64,000 bases of DNA from Rhynchopus sp. YZ270_cl-10 (Eukaryota). How positions within the stretch are numbered: the stretch's first letter is position 1; every line of letters begins with the position of its first letter. The notes below the pieces were generated by a model. It was not told the DNA's origin and ran no database searches. It saw only the letters and a program-made list of their open reading frames with translations. This document shows positions 1 through 9,954 of this stretch, one piece after another. The stretch spans positions 806,001 through 870,000 of the forward strand of contig OZ037836.1 in NCBI GenBank assembly GCA_964035575.1, in the 5' to 3' direction. The position numbers were made by a program, and so were the translations under genes.

Positions 1-314
1 CTGTCCGGCACTTCCAGCACCCGAGCCAGCACGTTCACGTACCGCTCCAGCGCCGACGTCGTCATCGCCAGGGAGAAGGGTCGCCCACGTTGCCCCGGCG
101 CTCGCACCAGCAGCCTCTCCTTCTCCTCCGCGCTCATCCGATCCGACAACATTGCGGCGGCGAACGCCCGTAGGCGCAAAGGGTGCGGCATCTGCCCGAG
201 TCCGCAGGCGCGCGTGTACATTTCGTACTTCCGCACGATGCTGCGCGTCTGCGCCTTCGTCGCGGCACACGTCGCTCGCGCCTCCAGCCCCGCCACCGAG
301 TCCTCCCATCGTGG
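1..314 (-). CDS. N-terminal (core-binding) part of a tyrosine recombinase, in frame after the gag TGA; truncated by the window edge
   Basis: Hand translation after the TGA at 315-317 gives PRWEDSVAGLEARATCAATKAQTRSIVRKYEMYTRACGL...LRAFAAAML...TSALERYVNVLAR, open to position 1. The pattern resembles the YR N-terminal helices seen at 21.9-22.3 kb. The catalytic domain lies outside the window. Confidence 0.55.
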
Positions 315-1706
315 TCACTGCTTCTGGTGTTCGAACGGGCAAGGATGCTTGAGGCACGCAAGCCCCTTCAGGAACCGGTGGCAGGCCTTCCCCTCCGGCT
401 TCTTCGGGGCAGTCTTCGGTGTGGGCTTCGGGGTCTGGGCCGGCCTCGGGGTCGCTCTGCCTGTCGATTTTCTGGGAAAGTGCGTGGTGTTGTGCGTGGC
501 CCCATTCGACTTTCCCGTAGGCCGAAAATCCACCTCGAACCTCCTGCGGGCGTCACGCAGGGCGCGAGGAAGATTATTCGACTCGAGCTGCCTGCGCATG
601 TGTTCGGCCGCCCCCGGGGACCTCGTGGTGTAGGTGGCACGGAGGGCCTCCAGTTCAGCCATGTGCCCCCTCATGCGGCGGAGCCATTCGGTCAGCGCTG
701 CGGGGTTCTGGTTCCGGAAGATCCAAAAGTTTCGGATGGTCAGAAAAGTCCTGTCGCGTTTCTCCTGAAGCCCGTGGTTGCCCAGAAACGCGTACATGTC
801 CGTCCTAGCACGGAGTACCCGCTCAAACTCCGCAAACCAGGACTCGTCAAACGTCTCAGGCCACCTGGACACTTCAGTGTAGCACCGAATGTCTGCACCT
901 TCCTCCTCCTGGTCGTCGTCGGCAGAAGACTGCGTCACAGGGCCCTTCGGTGCGGAGAGCGGCGCGTAATCCGATAAGACCGTCATGGCTTCGGCTTGCT
1001 TGTCGCAGTTGGCGAGCAAACGAGACACCTCTTCAGGCATGCGGTCAAAGAAAAAGTCCCCGTGCTCCTCCGTGTACGCCACGTACAAGGCGTCCGCAGC
1101 CGCCGTTGTCAGCAATGGGAAAATGTCACACGGCGGGTCTCTGCGTCTCTTCCCAGCCAGCTTCGGCGTCGGCGGGACATCAGGCGTCTTGCCCTGCGCG
1201 GGGAGCTGCGGAGGAAGACGCGCCAGCACGGCCGCCGTCACGGCCTCCACCATCTCGGACAACGTCGCAGGGCTTTCGGGGGACGCACGCGGAGACGGTT
1301 TCGCAGCACGCGTCGCAGCCTTCGTCGCCGGCTTCACCACAGGTGGCTTTGTCGTCTGCGTATTCGGTTCCTCCGTCAGGTCGTCGTCGTCGTCAACATC
1401 TGCACCGTTACCCGGCACGTCATCAACGGGGTCCCCTTCATTATCATCCCCATAGTCCCACGCCTCGTACCCGCTCTGATCCCACCCCCCGCGACCCTCC
1501 ATTCCTTCATCCTGGAGGTCGTAACAATATTGTTGGTGGTCGGCGGGCGGGTCTCGCGCCGCCAAAGATGACATTGCCCGATCCAGCTTCTTCTCCATCC
1601 GCGCCTCGCGCTCCTCCAGGTCCGCCCTCTGATCCTCCGCCTGCCTCTTCATGTCTCGCAGAGCCGCAAGGAGCTGCGCCTTCGTGCGGGTGTCCGTGGC
1701 AGGCAT
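315..1706 (-). CDS. Gag-like protein of a tyrosine-recombinase retrotransposon (N-terminal coiled coil, C-terminal CCCH-type Zn finger)
   Basis: 488-aa ORF with likely ATG at 1706 after a pyrimidine-rich leader. C-terminus is CHRFLKGLACLKHPCPFEH. GC-rich like the intact element at 20.6-24.6 kb, and followed in frame by a YR-like sequence. Confidence 0.65.
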   Translation of the reverse strand: MPATDTRTKAQLLAALRDMKRQAEDQRADLEEREARMEKKLDRAMSSLAARDPPADHQQYCYDLQDEGMEGRGGWDQSGYEAWDYGDDNEGDPVDDVPGNGADVDDDDDLTEEPNTQTTKPPVVKPATKAATRAAKPSPRASPESPATLSEMVEAVTAAVLARLPPQLPAQGKTPDVPPTPKLAGKRRRDPPCDIFPLLTTAAADALYVAYTEEHGDFFFDRMPEEVSRLLANCDKQAEAMTVLSDYAPLSAPKGPVTQSSADDDQEEEGADIRCYTEVSRWPETFDESWFAEFERVLRARTDMYAFLGNHGLQEKRDRTFLTIRNFWIFRNQNPAALTEWLRRMRGHMAELEALRATYTTRSPGAAEHMRRQLESNNLPRALRDARRRFEVDFRPTGKSNGATHNTTHFPRKSTGRATPRPAQTPKPTPKTAPKKPEGKACHRFLKGLACLKHPCPFEHQKQ

Positions 1707-1751
1707 AATGAGAGAGAAAGAAGAGAAGAAAAAGAGGGAAAAGAACGGTAA

Positions 1752-1919
1752 AGCTTTTTGATAAAAGTTAATGAAACACAAAAACCAAGCGCGTGTGGAA
1801 GAAAAAAGAAAAGAAAATATTTTTTCTGATTCAAAGTGGTGTTTACGTTTTGGGTACGGGGCGGAGAATAAAATCTGTTCGATAAAAGAAACGCAAGCTT
1901 TTTTGTTTTATCTTGTTCA
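1752..1919. repeat. Interspersed repeat, second copy at ~12349-12518
   Basis: Near-identical aagctttttgataaa...ttatcttgttca segments at both loci. Confidence 0.8.
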
Positions 1920-2103
1920 GATTTTTCGATTTTTTGACAAGGCGCTGGCCCATACAAAGTGCACTGGTGGTGCAGAAAATGGCTGGGGAATAAACTCTAG
2001 ATGCTCAAAACAGCCCAATTCTTGCTTTTTTGGACTTTTTGGTCCCAGAAGGGTACCCAGGTGTAGTGAACAGGCCTCAAAAGCACTTGTGAAAAAAAAA
2101 AAA

Positions 2104-3782
2104 TAGCTATTTATTCGTCTGAGGAAATATTCACTTTTCCTCACACGAGTGTACCTTTCAGAAACGAGTGGCATTTTACCCCACGAGCGAAGCGAGTGGG
2201 ATAAAGTCAGCCACGAGTTTCTGAAAGGGCACGAGTGGAGTGAAAGTGAATATTTCACCAGAATATAATAGTTTTCTCAACTGAAGGAAAAGTAGCTCTA
2301 AGCAAACCCCGTGGAAGAAGTGTGGGGTGAATATGCAGAAAAAAAAGACGATTTTTTGGTGGGAATATTTTTCACAGAAAATCGAATTTCACTATTAAGA
2401 TTGGCTCTGCTCGACACCCAGTAAGGCTACTATTGGCCCCATGGGACATTTTGGCCCGAATACCAGGCCGTATTTTCAAAAGATTGATAATCCCAGTATA
2501 TGGTATAGCCCTGTGGTACCAAATTTTTGGCCGAAAAAATGGACCAAAAAATGGTCATGTTGGTCACGGTGACAAAATGTGAAGCAGAGATATCAAAATG
2601 ACCCACTCTCCCACCCAATTTTTTTTTCGACCCCCCCCTCTACTTTTCCTCACACCAAAAAAAGCCTCACACATAGGCTTTTTTCTACACAAACCCCAGC
2701 CAAAAATTATTGCTACTTTTCCAAATTGCGTGAGGAAAAGTGGCTATGTGTGAGGAAAAGTGAATTTATCCTCACACTTCTTCCACGGGGTTTGCTCAGA
2801 GCTACTTTTCCTCAGTTGAGAAAAAATTTTTTTTCACAAGTGTTTTTGAGGCCTGCTCACTACACCCTAGGTACCCTTCTGAGACCAAAAAGTCTAAAAA
2901 AGCAAGAATTGGGCTGTTTTGAGCCTCTAAAGTCAATTCCCCAGCCATTTTTTGTACCACCCCAGCCATTTTGTATGGGCCAGCGCCTTAGCAAAAAATC
3001 GAAAATCTCAAAAAAAAAATTTTTTTTTCTCAACTGAGGAAAAGTAGCTCTGAGCAAACCCCGTGGAAGAAGTGTGAGGATAAATTCACTTTTCCTCACA
3101 CATAGCCACTTTTCCTCACGCAATTTGGAAAAGTAGCAATAATTATTGGCTGGGGTTTGTGTAGAAAAAAGCCTATGTGTGAGGCTTTTTTTGGTGTGAG
3201 GAAAAGTAGAGGGGGGGGTCGAAAAAAAAATTGGGTGGGAGAGTGGGTCATTTTGATATATCTGCTTCACATTTTGTCACCGTGACCAACATGACCATTT
3301 TTTGGTCCATTTTTTCGGCCAAAAATTTGGTACCACAGGGCTATACCATATACTGGGATTATCAATCTTTTGAAAATACGGCCTGGTATTCGGGCCAAAA
3401 TGTCCCATGGGGCCAATAGTAGCCTTACTGGGTGTCGAGCAGAGCCAATCTTAATAGTGAAAATTCGATTTTCTGTGAAAAATATTCCCACCAAAAAATC
3501 GTCTTTTTTTTTCTGCATATTCACCCCACACTTCTTCCACGGGGTTTGCTTAGAGCTACTTTTCCTTCAGTTGAGAAAACTATTATATTCTGGTGAAATA
3601 TTCACTTTCCCTCCACTCGTGCCCTTTCAGAAACTCGTGGCTGACTTTATCCCACTCGCTTCGCTCGTGAGATAAAGTCTATTACCCCACTCGCTTCGCT
3701 CGTGGGGTAAAATGCCACTCGTTTCTGAAAGGTACACTCGTGTGAGGAAAAGTGAATATTTCCTCAGACGAATAAATAGCTA
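2104..3782. mobile_element. Foldback-like element: ~720-760 bp inverted arms (2104-2826 / 3023-3782) around a ~195 bp spacer
   Basis: Arms are near-perfect reverse complements (mirror ORFs 2430..2618- and 3231..3419+ are identical). Termini are TAGCTATTTATT / AATAAATAGCTA. Confidence 0.85.
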
Positions 3783-4010
3783 ATTTTTTTTTTTTTTTGA
3801 GATTTTTGAAAAATCGGCCGATTTTGCGACCAAATTTGGCTGGGGAATTTCGGCGACCAAAGGGTCCCCCCTTTGGAAAAAAAACGAAATCGACCAAAAA
3901 AGGTACCCTAACATTTCGGTTTTTTTCGGTTTTCATTTCGTTTTTTTCAGTTTTTCTGGTACAAGGGGAAATTTCCCTTTGCGAAAAAAAAAAAAAAAAA
4001 CGAAATGGAC

Positions 4011-4827
4011 CAGGGTTCTATACAGCATTCCGCCCACGAGGGGCTGGCTCGGTCAGAATCGGTTTGACTCGGTCAGCCCAAAAAAAATTTTTCCCCCCTC
4101 CACAGGGAATTATATAGGTTTTGGGGTTTTTCGCTGAAACTCGGTCGAGCCCGGGTCCCCAACCTAGCTCAAGTTGGGGGCCTCCGGCGGAATGTGAGAA
4201 TTCCTCGGTTATCCAACTGCGGAGTTCGGCACTTCATTGAAGCAATTCGTGCACCAGGCACAAGTGGTACACGAATTGTCTGTAGCCTCAGTGCATTTAT
4301 AACAAAGAAAGGGTGGTCACGGCACCCAAAGCGAAGCCACGGTACGCAACATTTCTAAAAAAAAGTTGACACAAAACGGCACTGTCGCTGGTAATTGTGG
4401 TCAGCTTCCGTAATTTTACTCCCCTGTTTTTCTAAAACGAAAGTTTCTGGCGAAGCCACGGTACGCAACATTTCTAAAAATTGCGCTTAAAATTGCACAT
4501 TTTTACTGCAAAAGTATATCATGGGAAGGGTGGGTTGCAATCTTGCGCCGCAGGCGCACGGTACGCTACTTTTATTATTTCGCCATGCTGCATGCTTCCT
4601 TTTCCTTCGGCGTTTGACCAATTGAGTCGCGTTCTGGCTGTGACGGGGTCACTTTGTTCATGAGGCCATTTCTGGTCACTCTCAGAGGCTCGTGGGAGGT
4701 ACCAAAATTTCCACCCCAAGATTTGGAAAAAAAATCTGAGATTTATAAAAAAAAAAAAAAACGGCTGACCGAGTCAACGTCTGACTCGGTCAGACCGACC
4801 GAGTGACCGGGCCTATATAGAACCCTG
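4011..4827. mobile_element. Non-autonomous TIR element with CAGG termini and a 6-bp TSD (ATGGAC)
   Basis: CAGGGTTCTATA at 4011 and TATAGAACCCTG ending 4827. ATGGAC at 4005-4010 and 4828-4833. Subterminal ctcggtcag repeats. Confidence 0.75.
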
Positions 4828-5601
4828 ATGGACCGAATTACACCGAATTGGACCGAACAGTTAGGGTACCTCCAAAAACAAAAATTGAAACCGCGATCCT
4901 ACTTTTCAATAAAGCAATAAAAACAATAAAGACAAAAGGGAGAAGTTGTGGTGAAGCACCCTGGGTCGGGGCTGGGACAGGGGCCGTTTCGACTTCGCCG
5001 AAGTTCATTGATACGTTTATTCTTTTTGAACTTTTCCTGTGTTGTGACAAGGTAGTTCGTATTTTGTGAAAATTTAAGTCGCTGAAATTTTGTCCATTTT
5101 TCCGTATATCCCCCACCACAAAAAAGTACAGCGGCAAAAACCCATTCCGAGCTTTCGGTCCGGTACGTTGGCGGGGCATCTCCGCTCATATGTGCAAAAT
5201 ACCAAATACCGTATACCTGACCGAATACCGTATAATTCGTATAATTAATTACCTTAATTATACGAATTATTCGAATAATACAACCTAGGGGGGGACCAGG
5301 GGGGACCACTGGTCCCCCTGGGGGGGGGGGGGGGGAAATAATAAGGGGGGACCAGCCTGCCCTTGAGTGTTCCGAGGCTGCCTATTAGGAATTTTCCACA
5401 TTTTTTTAAATTATTCCCACCCTCCCGTCCCCGCGCATCCAAATACAGGCAACTAACAGGGGGAAAAGATGGCACCAAAAAAGTCCTCCGGACCAAGACA
5501 GATTTCCATAATGGAATTTGCAAAGCGACCGGCGGAGTCCCAGTTATCGGCTCAGGCTCCGAAGAGGCAGAAAATAACGGTTGCAAATAACCACGAGTAT
5601 G

Positions 5602-5822
5602 CCTCATGAACAAAGTGACCCCGTCACAGCCAGAACGCGACTCAATTGGTCAAACGCCGAAGGAAAACGAAGCATGCAGCATGGCGAAAGGAAAAAAGTA
5701 GCGTACCGTGCGCCTGCGGCGCAAGATTGCAAGCCACCCATGACATAGTTCGGCTGTAAAATGTGCAATTTTAATTTAAGCACAGTATTTTGAAATGTTG
5801 CGCACCGTGGCTTCGCCAGGAA
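5602..5822. repeat. Inverted, diverged copy of 4443-4667 (TE internal segment)
   Basis: ORFs 4481..4663+ and 5604..5879- translate to nearly the same peptide. Confidence 0.7.
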
Positions 5823-6264
5823 CCTTTGCCATGACTGTGGTTTCTCTTTGTAGATGTCTATACGAGGAAACGTCTGCACGCTACCGACCTGACATATTTT
5901 TTCTTATTCCGCAACGGTGGGGAACGTGAGATGATATGCAATATGCGAGTGAATGCAGCAGTTTTAACGGTTTGTCGGGACATTTTCGCCGGAGGCGAAA
6001 AAAAATTTTGACCACTTAAAGTGCGTAAGGCGCGTAACGTAACGTAGCGTCAGCGTTAATGCTACACACCACACACAACAGGCGCGAAAAAAAAATTTTT
6101 TCGCCTTTTTTTGGCTGGTCCCCCTGGGAGGCCAAAACCCCAGATCCTGCGGGAAGCCCTGAAAACCACAAAACAAAAAGAAATAAAACTTATAAGATGA
6201 ATGTGCCTCCGTGCACACACACAACGCACCTAGAATGCGATCACCAAGGCTGAGGGTGCGATCC

Positions 6265-7754
6265 TCAATTTTGTTTCCGACTGCTCGGGGGATTCGTCTC
6301 TCTTCGTTTCGGAAGTGCTTCAACCACAAGCTTACTCAGCTCGCCGTTCCTCACTTCGTTGGACACAACACTGCTGCAGCCGGAAAGGTAAATGCTCGTC
6401 AACGAAGTGCAGTGAGCAGCAAATTGCGTAGTAGAAGTAAAACTACTCAGACCAATCGACATCACATTCCTGAGTGGTGATAAATCCAGGGTCGTTAAGC
6501 TGCTGCAGGTCGCAAGGAAGCCCACACCAACCGGCGTCACATTGCTGAGTGCTGATAAATCGATGCTGGTTAAGCTCCTACAGCCGGAAAGGAAGCCCGC
6601 ACCAACCTGCGTAACATTGCTCAACCCAGAGATGTCGATACTTGTCAACGAGACGCAGCAGTATAGGAACTTGTGTCCAATGCGAGTCACAATGGACTCA
6701 GCACTGAGATCAAGTCTCGTCAACAAAGAGCTTGACAAGAAGCAATTCGGAATAACAGTCGCAACCTCCGCCTGCAGAAGCAAACACGCCACCTCAGGAT
6801 CCTCCACACTCTCCAACTTCTCGGCTGTGATGTCGGTCACACCCAACGCATGAAGCTCTGCAATGGCTTCGTACTTCTGCGTTTTCGTGAGGTGGGGGCC
6901 CGTTTTCGATGCATGCACCCCTATCCGAGATAGGTGATACAATACATCGTGGAGGTGATGTTACATAAGTCCATCACCGCCCCTGCTGTGCCCATCCTTC
7001 TGCTTCGTCTGCTTCTTCTTGAAGAAGCCTCCCAGCGTCGTCTGTCGCCCCTTCGAGGTGTCGTGGTGGCGGCGGCAGCAGTGATCCAGCGTACTCTTCT
7101 CTTGCACACAGTTCCCGCACCTCGAGAGTCTATGCTTAGTGCATGCTTCGTGTCGGATCGGTAACCCGTCGTCGTTGGAGTGGTGCGCAAAGCAGCAATG
7201 CATCAGGTCTGCCTGGGCGTTCTTCGAGCAGGCATCACACTTCGTCTTCCGGTGCAGCACACATATCGCAAACTGGAAGATCGGAACCGCTCCTTCAGGT
7301 GCCTTCACGGGTGCGTCCCCTGGACGCACGTGTTCATGGTGCCGGTAGCGAGCATGCGCAGATGTCTCCTGTTCAGCCCGCTGGATGAATGGTAGTGCCC
7401 TCCTGCCCCTAACTTCTGTGGAGGGGTACGCCGTCTCAGCAGAATACTCCCCCATCCATGTACCTCTCGCTCTATCGCCACCACGGAGCTCCGCCTCAGA
7501 CATGCCTTCGGAGCTGCGTTGCAGACGGTACGCCACACCTTCTGCGTTTTCGTGAGGATGATTGTGTCACCAGCACTCAGCTGCGTCATGTCCGCTCCTT
7601 CTCCCATCGCTTCGTCTCCGAAACTCATGCAAAAGCCGTCTTCAGGCAACCCCATTGCAGACGCCACCTTCCGCCGCAAGCCCTCCACTGTGTCATCTTC
7701 ACCCACCTCGACTGTGTGCTGATTCGCTCTGAAATCTTCGAAGTGCACGTCCAT
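6265..7754 (-). CDS. Ubiquitin-like + BspA-type LRR protein, copy A, split by an insert at 6893-7538 that could be spliced as a GT-AG intron (7538->6874)
   Basis: ATG 7754 MDVHFEDF...ILTKTQK joins YEAIAELHALG...LRRs. Collinear with intact copies C and D. Confidence 0.75.
6893..7538 (-). mobile_element. Insert at the Ubl/LRR junction flanked by a 19-bp direct repeat; carries a Cys/His-rich ORF fragment ending in a PIP-box-like motif
   Basis: CTTCTGCGTTTTCGTGAGG at 6874-6892 and 7539-7557. ORF 6961..7536 has two CxxHRxxxCxxC...HCCxxHH motifs and QTTLGGFF. Confidence 0.8.
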
Positions 7755-8645
7755 TTGTTTGTTGTGGTTTTGTGTTCTGATCTCTGTGTGTGGTGGTGGG
7801 GTGTGGAGGACAACAAGCCTGCAGTCCTTTTCAATGAAGGGTTGAAGGGGAGGGGTTCTTTGAGTGGTCAGCAAAGTGTGAAGAAATAAAGTGGCTTTGA
7901 ATGGGTGAAGCAAGACAGGCAAGTTGCCGGCTGCGTGGAGATCACACACGACACGCCTATTCACGTCACGATGAGGCTGGCCGACCGGTTAGGTTGCGAT
8001 GCCACAGTGATCAGGGTACCAGCCTTCTCTTGGGGTGATGGTGTGTACGTGCAGCCCCCTTCCACCATCTAGGATAGGATCTGTGTATCTCAGCGGGTTG
8101 AGGCTCGAAACAGAAAACGCTGTCAGAAAAGACGGTTGCGAGGGGGATGATGTCGTCACACCATTTTGCTTGTTTGCAGGAAATGAAAGTAATAAGAGTG
8201 ACAGAAGTGGCAGCAGTAATGTTGCGAAGGTGATTGGAAACAAAAGGAAACCCTGGTAAAAGGGAACAATTTGCTCAAACCTTTTTTTTAAGAAATGTAG
8301 TGTTTGCTTTTTTGTTTTTTTTTTTTGAAAACCTGGTTGTGTAGACACCCGAGGATGAATCCACATTTTTTCTGTTGCTTTTGTGATTTGGATCCATGAC
8401 CAAGCGACGTGCGGAACCTTGAGGCTATTCGACAGAACAATTCACAGTGGTCTTATCAGGAATCCTTTTTTGTGTTTTTTTTCAAAATACAAGTAAAAGT
8501 AAAAACTGTTTTCGGCGGGTCTGCTCCCTGACCAGGAAAAGTGCCCTTCGACCGCTTTCATCACAAAAAGTAAAAAATGAACACGGTTGTAGAGTCATCG
8601 TTTTTCAGTACTCTTTGAAATTGAAACCACACTCCTACTTTTATA

Positions 8646-9947
8646 CATAGCGCTCTAATTAGAGTATTAGGGTATAATTAGAGTCTGGGATTTTGGGCCA
8701 AGTCAGTTAGAGTCCAGTTAGAGTATAATTAGAGTCGCTTTTCTTTAATTAGACTTTTATTAGAGTGCAGTTAGAGCATAATTAGACTCTAACTACACTC
8801 TAATTATAGTCTAATTAGAGTATAACAACAGGCTTCTTGTAGGTGCAAACGCCTTAAGGAACCGGTTCCCCTAAGGTTCCTCTGTAGGACCCAGGTGCCA
8901 GGTACCTACATAGCTGAGATAAGACTTGGGGACCCGGGATCCGGTTATCTCAGCCGGACTGGGACACAATATGTGAAGGCGCTGTGGGTCCGCCTGAAAG
9001 CGAGTCGGGGACCCGGTCGCGGGAGGGTGGGGCCTAGTCCTAGCCTAGTACCCGGGACTCGGGACCCGGCTTATTCTCAGCTATGGGTTCCCAGGTACCC
9101 AGTCCCGCGCAGTGGCACATGCCCTCAAGTGTGAGTGACCCACACATGAGGACACCGCAAAAACTCTTCGTGCACCTTCGGTGCAACGCCGCAGACAGGC
9201 CAAACAGCGTTGGACTCAGAGGAATGCCGTGCAGGTAACAAACATGAAAACCAACTCCCAGCAACAAGGGGCGCCTTTTGGCGGGCGTTATTATTGAGGG
9301 TGTTTGGGGTGCAAAGTTTTCCACAATTTTGATGCGCGGGTACAGAAGTGTTGTCTTGTTCTTTCATCTCTAGGAATGTAAATGTCAATCGAGTTTAACT
9401 CCACTAAGGTGTCGAAGGGGTAATCCAAGTACCAACGACGGGAAATCTATGAGTATACGTTCATGTCATCCGCAGAAATAACTACTTATGAACCCAGGAG
9501 AGATCCAAGCCTCGCGCTAAACCACCACCCGCGATTGACTTAGATGTAAAAACAAAGAGCATTCATAACAAAACAACACCCTGCCCATACACACTAAATT
9601 GCCGTGCTTCTACCCTGGGCCAAAATTCCTGTGCTAAAAATGCAACAAGACCACCCACAAGGAGTGTGAATTGTGCAGTGGTTTTCTGGGGGAACAAACA
9701 ATATTTTCTTGTATCTAGTCCTCTGCAAGCAGAGAACAGACTTTCTAGATTACAAAGTAGAATTTCTTGCACTAGCTATGCTTCCTGGGTTAATGGCTAT
9801 AGCATTGGTTGATGTGCCCCTCTTATTGACCCTCTTATAAGACTCTAATTATGCTCTAATTAGAGTCCAGTTAGAGTTTTAAAGACTCTAATTACACTCT
9901 AACTGCCGACTCTAATGATCTAATTAGAGTCTAATTAGAGCGCTATG
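8646..9947. mobile_element. TIR element with TA/TATA TSD and ctctaattagag subterminal arrays (Tc1/mariner-like MITE, probably with nested inserts)
   Basis: CATAGCGCTCTAATTAGAG at 8646 and CTAATTAGAGCGCTATG ending 9947, flanked by TATA on both sides. Confidence 0.75.
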
Positions 9948-9954
9948 TATAATA

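Noticed and set aside
183..1708. Several plus-strand ORFs opposite gag
   Set aside because: GC-rich antisense shadows without recognisable motifs.
5286..6126. Candidate element with GGGGGACCAG / CTGGTCCCCC ends
   Set aside because: No convincing TSD or exact boundaries could be established.
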